In this document: piece by piece, positions 38,201-49,563 of the stretch | Position numbering within the stretch: the stretch's first letter is position 1 | Layout of the letters: each line of letters opens with the position of its first letter | The notes under the pieces: model-generated | The model's database searches: none | What the model saw: the letters and a program-made list of their open reading frames with translations, nothing else | What the model was told of the DNA's origin: nothing | NCBI GenBank assembly: GCA_050084985.1 | Contig: JBITNC010000002.1 | Coordinates: forward strand, 37,138,001 to 37,202,000 | DNA from: Nageia nagi | Taxonomy: Eukaryota; Plantae; Pinophyta | Direction: 5' to 3' | Length of the DNA stretch: 64,000 bases | Position numbers and translations under genes: made by a program

Positions 38201-41200
38201 TTTTTCATGTATTCTCTTATACTTTTCTACCATGGATGTAATGGGAGATAAATTTGTAATGCCTAGCTTGGAAGAATTTTGTGAGTGTCTCATAAGGGAG
38301 GAAGGAAAAACCTCCACTCTTAAGACAAAGTTATCTTCCTCTAAGGCACTTTCTGCATCACATCCTAAGCTTAAGGGTAAGCAAAAGCCTAAGTCTAATT
38401 CCACTACACCTTCTCCATAGCAAGATCCTAAACCCAAGAACTCCATAGCTAGTTAGAACAATCCTTCTGCAAAGAAGGATAAGCCTTATTGCACTTTTTG
38501 TAAAAGAGATGGTCACTCAATTCAACAATGTTGGACCAAGGCAAAATATGAAAAAAATAATAATGAATATGCTAAGGCTTTAAATGTTCATGGAAAGGAG
38601 AAGTCTTCGTCAAACACTTGGGTTGTTGATTTAGGTGCCACTCAACACATGACTTATATAAAGAAGTCCTTTTCCTCTCTTAGTTCGAGTTTAGTTTCAC
38701 ATATTGAGGTTGGTGATTCCTCCTTATTTCAATCAAGGGAAAAGGGGATATGATTCTTGATGGGGGGTGCATCAATGATGTGCTTTATATTCTAGATATT
38801 ATCACCAATCTCCTCTTTATGTATGAGATTTGTAATTCTAGTACAAGGTGAACCATTTTGTTCAATCCATAGGGATTTGAGATCTGTAATTTGATGGAGG
38901 CATATAAACTCATTACATGGGGTGTTGTTTATCACATAGCTAGACTCTACTACTTTAAGAATTTTTATGAATCCATTATTGCTACAAGGTTGGTTTCTCA
39001 TGCATATTTAATGAGCAAACTTTGGCATGAGAGATTCAGGCACCTAAACTATCAATACCTACAGTAGTTGTACACTCATGAGATGGTTATCAATTTTCCC
39101 AAAGTCTATTATGTAGATAGTGTTTGTCCAAAATGTGGCTTTGGAAAGCAACACAAGATCCATTCCCTTCAGGTAGAGCTCATTGTGCATCATCACCCCT
39201 TGAGCTTATTCATAGTGACTTGATGGTATTTCCTCATCCATCTTTTACTGGAGCTCGATATGCACTTACCTTCATTGATGATTTCTTGAGATGTACTTGC
39301 ATATATTTTTGCAAGTACAAGAGTGAGGTCTTTACTCACTTCAAATTCTTCAAAGCTTTGGTCAAGAATCAATCTTCCACATGCATCAAGAAGCTCTGCA
39401 TGCATAATGGGGGGGAATACTTTAGCAATGAGTTTTCATAGTTCCTTGCAAACACATGGAATCATACAACAACATTCAGTTCCCCATACTCCATAGCAAA
39501 ATGGAGTTACAGAAAGAAAGAATTGGACATTAAAGGAGATGGCCAACATGATTATGATGCATTCATGGGATTTACATCCCATATATTGGGAAGAGGTAAT
39601 CAATTATGTGAACTACATTCAGAATCGCACTCCACATTGAGCACTTTCAAATATGACTCCTAAAGAGGCTTGAAATGGCAACAAGCTTGATGTTTCTCAT
39701 TTCAATATCTTTAGTAGTCATGCTTGGGAATTTATTTCAATGAAGCAGAGGAAGGCCTTGGATAGGAAGATCAAGTCACTTATCCTTGTTGGCTATTGTG
39801 AGGATATGAAGATGTATCACTTACTGGATCCTAACACACATGAGATATTCTTTAGGAAACATGTTTAGTTTGATGAATGTCTTCCTAGCTCACCTAGCTC
39901 TCCTACTCCTTTCTCTCTTTGGACCCACATGATACTACTCATGATGTGGATGAGACTTTTTTCATTATTTCTCCTATAATAGATGATGCTCCTTTAGTTG
40001 ATCCTCCAAAATTTGTTTAGATTCCTACAATTATTGCTACACCACATTGCAATTCCTTGCCTAGATGGGTTTGAACTACACTTGAGGATGTAGCTCCTTT
40101 CATTAAGGATATCCCACATACTTATTGTCATGGTACTAGACTAGTTGGTCAAGCAATTTCAAGAGACCCACAGACATTTTCAAAGGCTCATGGGCTTCCA
40201 AAGTGGGATGAGGCTATGGTGATAGAGTATTCTGAAGAATGAGACTTGGGAGCTTATTCCCATTCCTCCAAGGAGGAATTTGGTTTGATGTAAAAGGGTT
40301 TATTGGACCAAATATGTAGGTGATGCTTCTATAGATAAGTACAAGGCTCATCTTATGGCTAAAGTTTGTTCCCAAGTTGAGGGGATTGACTATTTTATGA
40401 TCTTCACCCTTGTAGCTAAGATGGATTCTATTCACCTTATCCTTGCTCTAGCTACTTCATAAAGATGGTCTATATATCAGATGGATGTGAAGAGTGCCTT
40501 CTTAAACTATGATCTTCATGAAAAGATCTACATGGAGCAACCCATTAATTTTGTCAAAGATTCTTCACTTGTTTATAGGCTTAAGAGATCTCTTTATGGC
40601 CTCAAGCAAGCACGTTGGGCATGGTATGAGAAGATGGATAATTTTCTTCCCTCACTAGATTTGTATGGTGTCATTTAGATCCTAATGTATACATTTGGAG
40701 AGATGGAGATAACATCACTATCTTACATTAAGTTCTTACATTCATTATATACAATAGTCCCTCTCTACTCGATTTAAGATGGTAGACCTTGGACTTGCTC
40801 ACTATTTTCTTGGTTTTCAAGTCACATGGATAGATTGAGATATTAGTCTCTCATAGCAAAAGTATTCCTTGGATCTTTTTTGATTGTTTAGGATGCAAGA
40901 TTGCAATCCTTCATTGATACCCTTTCAAAGTGGGATTACTTTGATTTCCTCCTACACTACACCTCTATGTGATGCTACCTTGTATCGTTAGCTGGTTGAG
41001 AGTATTCTCTATCTTACCCACACTCAACCTGATATATCATATACAATTGGGCTTATTTCTTAGTTTGCATAGACCCATCATGAGTTCCATTAGCTATAAG
41101 CCAAGAGGATTCTTACATATTTATAGGGTACTATGCACTTTGGTTTATACTACACTAGATGTGATCCAATATTAGTTGGATACACTAATTTTGATTGGGA

Positions 41201-42468
41201 TGGATATCATGATGATCATAGTTATACTTATGGCTATGTTTTTTTCCTTGGCACTTCTCCCATTACTTGGTCATATAAGAAGTAGCAGGCTATTGCACTA
41301 TCATCCATAAAGATAGAGTACAAGATAGTAGTTCATGTGAGTCATGAGGTTTTTTAGCTTCACTAATTATTGGATGAGTTTGGCTCTACCTAGTATCAGG
41401 CTGCAGTTCTTTGGTATGATAACTAGAGTACTATTCACATCTCTAGTAACCTTTTTGAGGATCAATGCACTAATCATATTGAGGTTCATATTCATTTCAT
41501 CCAACAACACATCCATGATGGCATCCTCGGCTTTTAGAACATACCCACTCAGCAACAAGTCACATACATCTTCATTAAACCCTTTGTATTGCCTCATTTT
41601 CTTGAGTTGTGTGATATGTTTGGGGTGAAGGAAGTTGTCCTTAGGGGGTGTTGAAGAGGAAATCTTACTATCCACCTTCCTTTTATCTTCTCTTCTAGAA
41701 GATGGTTTTTTTCCATGTGATTTTTTCATCATCTATAAGAGAGATTTAATGATAGCCATGTACATGAGTACCTTATCAGGCCTAGTTGTTGAGAATCATA
41801 TCTATGGACATAGCCACTTTTTATATTTTGTTGGTTTATGTTCATACTCCTCCCTAGTATCATTTAAGGGGGGCTATTAGAGTATTATTTTATTACATTA
41901 TATTTTTAGGTTTCTAGTTTAAGTTCCCTAGTGAGGGTGAGCTTAGTTGTCATCCTTATAGGTTTTTTATGATTTGATAGTCTATATTTCTTTGATCTTA
42001 TGGATGTCATTTCATTCCATACTTATTTAATCATACCCTTGTATTCATTTGTAATATAGAATGCAAGCAATATTATTTTTTCATCTTGGGCTTTTGTGAT
42101 TCTCTTCTTCGCTTTGGATCTTGGGTTGAGGAAAGTGTTTTTATTTTTGACTCTTTCACAACCTAGGGCTCATGTTATTTCCCATGCAACTACATGATTA
42201 TCACTTACTAAAATTTGTTTAGTAGTGATCATATTGGATCTTCTTTCCAAATCCTAGACCCACCCTATACCCATGAGCATCCCACCTTCATACCTATCAC
42301 TTGCACAACACAATACGTACACCTTAACAATATCTTGTATGAATAAAGATGTAAATATAACACATTATTACAAATTTTTTGGATTAAAATACAAATACAT
42401 AACTTGTATATCATAATTTTAATCCATTCACAACCTAGGAATGGGTAACAAACATTTCGGCTATGATA
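32278..42468 (-). mobile_element. Large solo LTR (~4.2 kb without the nested copia), gypsy-like, inserted into the chromovirus 5' LTR
   Basis: Perfect 5-bp TSD ACATC (32273-32277, 42469-42473). Ends TGTTAAGACCC...GGCTATGATA (decayed ACA). Minus-strand TATA CTATAAATACAAGG near 35650. No coding domains. Confidence 0.75.
36136..42158 (+). mobile_element. Full-length, pseudogenised Ty1/copia element nested in the solo LTR (LTRs 36136-36416 and 41875-42158)
   Basis: ~280-bp LTR pair. TSD CAACT/CAACC. PBS TAGTATCAGAGC (36417-36428). PPT AAGGGGGG. Gag ATG at 37741; protease WVVDLGATQHM; integrase LELIHSDL...YALTFIDD; RT MDVKSAFL...LYGLKQA. Confidence 0.93.
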
Positions 42469-43419
42469 ACATCTAGCTATAAAGAAAGGAGATGCACCAT
42501 GAGAAAGGTATTTTTAGCTTATTGATTATACAACCTCTCTTGGAAACTGGGCATGGAATCATCTTTATTCCTCTTGTGGATGAAAACCTATAAGAGAGGA
42601 TTTTCAAAGGATAAAAACCCTTACAAGATCTTAGACTAAGATAAAAAAAACCCTTAGTCTCATCTAATGGTATTCTGAGGCTACTCTTTGTTTCCTCATT
42701 CCAAGTATGGAGGGTTCCTTCATTAGTTCATCCAAGTCTGAGGAAGTGTTTCTTGCTTCATTTTCGCTCAAATTTGGAGGTTAGAGGCCCTAACAGTGTG
42801 ACATCATCTTCCTATAGCAGTTGGAGTTTATCTTGCATTAGATTTAATCCTTTGTACCTAGACATCTGACCATCTTAGCCAATTTGAACATTTATACTTT
42901 ATCTCATTGATTAATGTAATTGCTCTTTTGTTGTATCTCATATTTATGATGTTATTTCTTGAGTTGATTTCATTATTTATATTTAGAATTGCAATAATTT
43001 AGTAAAATATAAATATTCCTAATTTGGGATATTTTAGTATTGTTAGATATTAGATCTTGCTAGCTAGTGTAGATATATTGATGTCATATAACAATCAACA
43101 TTACTACTTGAGGAGGAATCAAACTCCAATGATCCCTCAAAGAGAGAACATTGAGGAGATGGCAAACATGAATGATAGGCAAGAAAGAAATAAAGAATAA
43201 GGGCTTAGGGATTTTTTTAAGGCCACCTTTATCAATTTAACTTATACAAATGATGGTAAATCATATTTAGAACAAAGGCGAATTTGATGGACAAGGGTAT
43301 CAAAATGATGGCAAATTAAAATCAAACTTCAAAAATAAATATAAAAAATGGCAAATCTAAGTTTTTTTTTCGATGTCACTTAGTACTTGGAAGAAAAAAA
43401 GAACAAAATAGTTGATGGA

Positions 43420-43800
43420 TGTAAATGCAACCTGATGGCTGCATGTTCCAACTAAATAGTTGTATGTTATAATAGGATGGTTGCACAATGCTACTAAGTG
43501 GGTGCAACATGAAATTGTTGGGTTGCATGATACAACTAGTTGGTTGCATTTGCCCAATTGTATTGTGCAACCTAATAGTTGCATGTTGCAAATGCTTGGT
43601 TGCATTATACAACTTGATAGTTCACTATTGCAACTACCCTGTTGCATAGTGAAATCTAATAGTTGTATGTTGCAATCACCTAGTTGCATCATGCAACCCA
43701 TAGCTTGCATATTGCAATTGCTCAATAGCATCATGCAAGCACTTAGTTGCATCATGCAACCATTTGTTTAATACCAACTAATTATTGCATATTGCAATTG
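43420..43800. repeat. 21-bp tandem array with palindromic core GTTGCATCATGCAAC (~18 degenerate copies)
   Basis: Period 21 is visible; it produces spurious Cys/Met/Gln-rich ORFs on both strands. Confidence 0.85.
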
Positions 43801-44621
43801 AATACTTATCATTAATAGCATTAAATATGGAAAGTGATAAAATCTATAAACAACTATTTTTCATTTCATCAATTATTTCCTTCATCTTGGCTACCAAATA
43901 CTTTCCTTTTCTAGGTTACATACTTTTCCCTATATGTCCATATCCTAGGTTTTAGGTGTTCATTATAAAATATCTTCCTCTTCTTAGAACCACTTCATTT
44001 TCAAAAATCCCATTTTCCCATCCATAGTTTCAAAGTTAGCAAAGTCAAGAGTATCAAGTGAATGGGTCAATGCTACATGATTTTGTGGTGTCATCTATAT
44101 GCCATAATACTATATAAATGTTTGATTGCTTACTCTTTTAATGAGATGCTACAATAATGAAACTAGTATTTTCAATGTGGTTCTTCCAATAAGCTAGATT
44201 TTGTTTGGTATATCTTCTATTGATATCACTTATATTATAGAACTTCCACATAAGGTTCTTGGTAGTACCATTACGAATAATGCAAATTTAGATGAGGTAA
44301 GATAAAATATATGTTGAATCTTATTATTATCTTTTTCTCAATGAGCTAGGTAATTATGCTTTGCTTGTGTAATATTATTTTTACTTTTAATCAAAATTAT
44401 TTAATTTTTGATAATTTTGCAAATAAGCATAAATCAAGGGGTTTGGCCTTGAAAAATATTCAAAAAGATTTTTGCATAGCTTTTATTGAATTTTTCCAAG
44501 CTCATATAGTTTATGAGGAAGACCTTTTAATGCACCCTTTTTGGTCAGTTTTCTATGTCCTTCATACCCTAGGTAATCAAAAATTTGATTCATCTAATTT
44601 TATTTATGAGCGCCTTAGACA

Positions 44622-46030
44622 TGTTAGAACATATAATGCATTATTATGTAAATAACTCAGGTATATTATTCTTAATTAACTGAAAATCAAAGGAACATAT
44701 ACAATAATTAATTTAGGAGGAAAAATATTTTGTAGTACGGAATAATCCACTTAATATAAAATGTGGATTATTAATGTATGAAAATGTGGAACCCCATCTA
44801 TTTTATATCTAGGGTATTTCCACATGTGCATGTAAACTCACATACTTAAAATAGAAGTATGGGAATATGTAACTATTGAAAAGGTATGAGTGGAAAGCCT
44901 TTCACCTACCATTATCACCTAACATAGGGATATGTTTACTATATGGACAATGTCATTCCCCTTGCGTTAAAGGGTGAGCTAAAGAGGTTTTTTTACCTAT
45001 AAATAGAGTGCCTCCTCCATGTAACATATACACTTTGTAGAAGTATTATCATGCTACTAGTTTAGAGATCAAGTTGATAGAAAGGTCGTAAGAGAGATCT
45101 TGTGAAGAGAAGTAATAGATTTAGAATAAAGTGGAGTACTCTCTTATAGAGAGGAACCATTATATATTTTGTCTCTCTATCTGTGATTGTTTATTGTTAT
45201 TTTGAGATAAAGATGTTATAATGAGTATTAATTTGTTGAAGTATGCATAAGTGATCTTGGTTAAGGAATCCTTTATTTCCTTCATGTGGTATCAGAGCCT
45301 CCTTATGGTCACCTCCTTTAAATTTTAAGGTACCTCTCATTTAAGGTATATCTAAACTCTAACCTTGTTTCAATTTTCAGAAACTAAAAGTTAGATCTAA
45401 CATATTCTATATTGTTAGACTTTAGATCTAGTGAAAATTAGTATATCTAATTTTCTTTCATAGTTGAATCTAATATTTCTACATAATTAGATTTAAAACT
45501 ATGATAAGATCTTCTTATTGTTGAAATTTACAAAAATCCAATTTATAATTTTTTATAATGAACTATTTTTTTTTTTTTGCAAGAAAGCTAAAATGTTTGA
45601 TTATATACAATAGTAAAATAAGTTATAAAATTTTACTATTTAAGATATATTCTTGCAATATTTTTACAAAAAAAGGAGAGTCTACAATTTTTCAAATGTA
45701 ATAAAAATATGTTACAAAAACATGCAATTATATATATATATAAACTACAAAGCCTAAGTTGAAGCTTAAAATCTTTAACTTATAAATTATTATTGTCTTA
45801 GTGAGTTTAAAAAAAAAGCATTCAAAATATTTATTATTTTTACAAAATTTTACAATATGAAAAATTATAAAAATAAAAATTTGGGAGCTGAATACTCTAT
45901 TTTTTTATACATGAAATTTTTTTATTAAAAAGAGGAGAAATTTTTTGTTTTACAAGGAAAATATTTTTTTAAGGTTGTAGCCATTTAAATAGTCCATGTT
46001 GAAGAAGATGGAAGCAAAGAATCTTAAGCC
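44622..46030 (+). mobile_element. Truncated LTR retrotransposon: LTR 44622-45284, PBS and AT-rich 5' UTR
   Basis: TGTTAGAAC...TTCCTTCA, then TG and an intact PBS TGGTATCAGAGC (45287-45298). TATA-like CCTATAAATAG at ~44996. Confidence 0.75.
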
Positions 46031-46389
46031 ATGATTTTTCAGTTCCTATAAGGTCTTGTGTAAGGTGGGAGACATGGCTTATGAGTTAGAGTTGTCAAAT
46101 GATAGTAAGATCCACAATGTATTCCACATTTCTTATTGAAAGAGGGCCCTCAAATAACATGTACTACCATCCTTGAATTTGCCTCCACTTGATGATGAAG
46201 GGAAGCTAATTTTAGTACCTAAAACCATCTTGGAGACTAAAGAGAAGAAGTTGAGATCTAAAAATATCATAAAATATTTGGTCAAATGGAAGAACCTACC
46301 AATTAAGGATGCCACATGGGAAGGGTATGAAATCCTTTCACATCCATCCTTAAACTGCTTCAGGATAAGCAATTTGAGAGGTGCAAACT

Positions 46390-47258
46390 TGTAATGTCTC
46401 CAAATCTAGCACCCATTTCATATATTGTAATTTAATGTTTAACTAGTCAACGTGGAATATTGCATCCCTATCTAGGAGTAATTTCATATTATTTTAGCTT
46501 AATAATATCTCTAGGAGTGATACATCCCTCTATGAGGGATGATTTATTGTATTTGATCATAAACATGTAACTAGGAATTATTTGTAATTATGCATGATCT
46601 CGATGTATGAAATATTATAATTTATAGATTCATTTGTGAGCCCCTTGTGGGATGTCTAGTTCTATGTAATCTCGATTTAGAGTCCCCCATGGGACATCTA
46701 ACTATAAAAAAAGGAGATGCACCATGAGAAAGGCATCTTTAACTTAATTGATTATGCAACCTCTCATGGAGACTTGGTGTGGAATCAACTATATGCCTCT
46801 TGTGGATGAAAACCTATAAGAGAGAATTTTGGGAGGATGAAAATCCTCCCAAGATTTTAAGCTAAGAATAAAAATCCTTAGTCTCATCTGGTGGTATTTT
46901 GAGGCTATAATTATTTCCCCATTCTAGACATGGAGGGTTCCTTTAGTGATTTGTCCAAGTATAAGGGTGTGTTGCTTGTTCCAATTTTGCTCAGATCTAG
47001 GGTTAGAGGCCCTAAGAATGTGACATCACCTTCCTATAGAAGTTGGAGTTCATCTTGCATCAAATCTAATCCTTTGTAGCCAGACATCTAGTCATCTTAT
47101 CCAGTTTGAGTATTTGTATTTGATCTCATTGATTAATATAATTACTCTTTTGTTGGATCTCATATTTATGGTATTATTTCTTGAGTTGATTGCATTATTT
47201 ATGTTTGGAATTGCAATAATTGAGTAAAATATAAATATTCCTAATTTGGTATATTTCA
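46390..47258 (+). repeat. 3' LTR of the chromovirus relic (869 bp)
   Basis: TG...CA ends; follows the chromodomain and PPT; homologous to 32165-32277 and 42469-43036. Confidence 0.85.
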
Positions 47259-48862
47259 CCCAAATCCTCATTCATCTTCCTAGCTCTCTTTCTCAACTAA
47301 GAGCTTAGGATTTTGAATCTTAAGAACAAATCAATCTTTGCACATGTCACCAACTTGAAATCTATTTTTGTTGATCGACCATCCCTAAGCACCATCTTCC
47401 AAGAGATCAATAGTAAATCATCTTAGAACCCTATGTTTCGTTCATCACCAATAATGTCTACCACCACAACATCATTAAATATCAAAATGGAGCTTTTATG
47501 CCTATCTAGACATCGACATGCTTCCATCCCATAAGCATCTCTAATCTTTTGGTCATCCATCACATACTTAATTGTAATGTCATAATTTTTACACATGACC
47601 TTCGACTCGGGTTCTCTTTCCCTCATAGCCATATTCACATAAAAGGTTTGTAAAATATTTGTGTTGTGTTTATAATAAAATCCATTCTTAGCCATAATCC
47701 CAAAAGAGTTCCCTAAGGCAATCTCAACCTAACTACCACTCCTTTCGAGTGTAACAATTGTAGTTCTCCTATTTGGTCCCTTGTTGTCTCATCTAACAGG
47801 CTTTGGATCTTCATCATTTGACCCCTACTTGTTATTGCCATCACTCCCTCCTTCGCCTCCTTTCGCTCTTGCTCTCGCCATATTTTCATACATCAAAATA
47901 CATTTAGAGAAAGCTTAACATCTTATTAGCAAGTACCTAACAAATATGCATAACTTCTCTTTCTATGATAGTATTGTTTCAACTTGATAATGCATGTTAG
48001 CATCCATCTATACAAAATATTGAATATTTATTTTTTACTTGATGGCATTTGATTTTTACTAAGGAGACTTCAATAATAAAAGTAAGACTCTTATTCATAA
48101 AGATTAATAGACTCTTATTCATAAAGATTAATATCAAATTTATAATTATCATCTTATAAGTCACATGGAATATAAGATATATCAAGATTAAAAAAATCTA
48201 GATCTTTATACATGAAGGCAAAGAAATAGTATCAATAAATGACAAACATTCTTGAATCATTGCAAATATTGTAATAATGTGCTTTCAAAACCACTTCAAT
48301 ATTATTTCAATACTATCACGATTTCCAAAGTATACAACCTCTATATCTTTTTATTATATATTTTAAACTTTTTTTTAACTACCTAAGCTTAGTATTATTG
48401 AACTATTAAACCATGAAAAAATTGTTAAGTTTTGAACTTGAAATTCCACTAAAAAAATGCTAGTATACAACCTTTATATAAAAAATAATAACTTTCCTTA
48501 TATTTCACTACCATATTTTCATTTCTATTAACTCATATAACTATATGGTTTTATTATTATCTATTATATATTATCATAATATATCATATATTGATTGACT
48601 AAATTTTATCATATTAATTTTCATATCATATATTAATAAACACATCAAATAAAATTTAAATATATTAAAATATTTTTTTATTTGATATTGATAAACTTTT
48701 TTAAAAATTTCAAAGAAGAATACTCAAACTCTTGTTACAAGTTCTATCATGTAGAGATTTGAACCTTAACCTCTCATAAAGCATTTCCATTATTTTTCAA
48801 CATAGATGATCATATATCAAAATATAGATTTAAGTATCTACATCATCTTTACTAATACTAAT

Positions 48863-48870
48863 ACAATCAT

Positions 48871-48926
<56 letters not shown>
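48863..48926. repeat. (TA)n microsatellite
   Basis: About 30 TA units with one interruption. Confidence 0.95.
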
Positions 48927-48934
48927 GATTTTAT

Positions 48935-49080
48935 GTACAGTTGTGGGTTGAGTTGGTTACATGTGGACCTTATTGCGTCTTGAATCTTGTGTTCAATTCC
49001 CACTAGCTATGACATACATTGTACTCCCCATACAATTATCCTATAAACCGCTCTTGATCTCCCGTGAACATTAATAAAAC
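48935..49080 (+). mobile_element. Candidate decayed tRNA-derived SINE
   Basis: A-box-like TGGGTTGAGTTGG (48944-48956) and B-box-like GTTCAATTCC (48991-49000) at tRNA-like spacing; A-rich end; no clear TSD. Confidence 0.35.
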
Positions 49081-49107
49081 TTTCTTTTTATATTTCTTTC
49101 TTCGTAG

Positions 49108-49260
49108 TATAATATACAATATAGACACATCTAAATCTAAAAATAAATATTTCAAAATTGATAACTCTAAAAGATTATCTTCATAATATAATATACAATA
49201 TAAACACATCTAAATCTAAAAATAAATATCTCAGAAATGATACCTCTAGAAGATTATGTC
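49108..49260. repeat. ~80-bp tandem duplication in the EMC7 upstream region
   Basis: AATATACAATATA(G/A)ACACATCTAAATCTAAAAATAAATAT occurs twice. Confidence 0.85.
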
Positions 49261-49359
49261 AGCTAATACCTGTCGTACACAAAACAAAAACAAAAATCAT
49301 ATGCTATTAAAAAAAAACAAAAATCATATTCTATTAAAAAAAATAAAAATTTAAAATAA

Positions 49360-49454
49360 AAAAGCAACGACCGAACCAAAACCCGTCTGAAGAAGCCCAG
49401 GTCGTAGGGTGGAATCCTGAAACCGTCTCTCTTTCCAAACCCTGGCCAGCAAAG
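49360..49454 (+). promoter_or_regulatory. Proximal promoter / 5' UTR of the EMC7 homolog
   Basis: Abrupt retention of CpG and higher GC against a CpG-depleted background, just upstream of the signal-peptide exon. Confidence 0.5.
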
Positions 49455-49563
49455 ATGATGACGAAGAAGCACAGAATCATCCACAGTCTGGTTTTCCTCT
49501 TTGTCATAATTTTTGCCTTAATTGCTTTTGCAGTGGACCCTGCTTCGGCGCTTCCCCATCCAG
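49455..49563 (+). CDS. EMC7: EMC7 probable exon 1 (signal peptide)
   Basis: MMTKKHRIIHSLVFLFVIIFALIAFAVDPASALPHP; donor CAG|gtttgc is phase 1, but exon 2 needs phase 2. Confidence 0.65.

Larger units (their letters stand above)
32165..47258 (+). mobile_element. Chromodomain-type Ty3/gypsy (chromovirus) relic: split 5' LTR (32165-32277 + 42469-43036), gag start, integrase C-terminus/chromodomain (~46040-46375), 3' LTR 46390-47258; interior mostly deleted or replaced
   Basis: YELELSNDSKIHNVFH...LPPLDDEGKLILVP...KYLVKWKNLPIKDATWE. PPT is followed by TGTAATG...TTTCA. Both left LTR pieces align consecutively to the 3' LTR. Confidence 0.8.

Noticed and set aside
32278-42329. Alternative right end of the large solo LTR at CTTAACA (42329) with flank ATATC
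   Set aside because: The end at 42468 gives a perfect ACATC TSD and restores the chromovirus LTR, so it is preferred.
43357-43771. Cys/Met/Gln-rich ORFs on both strands (metallothionein-like look)
   Set aside because: Generated by the 21-bp palindromic repeat; no splice or promoter context.
48740-48815. Minus-strand B-box-like GGTTCAAATCT
   Set aside because: No convincing A box, tail or TSD.
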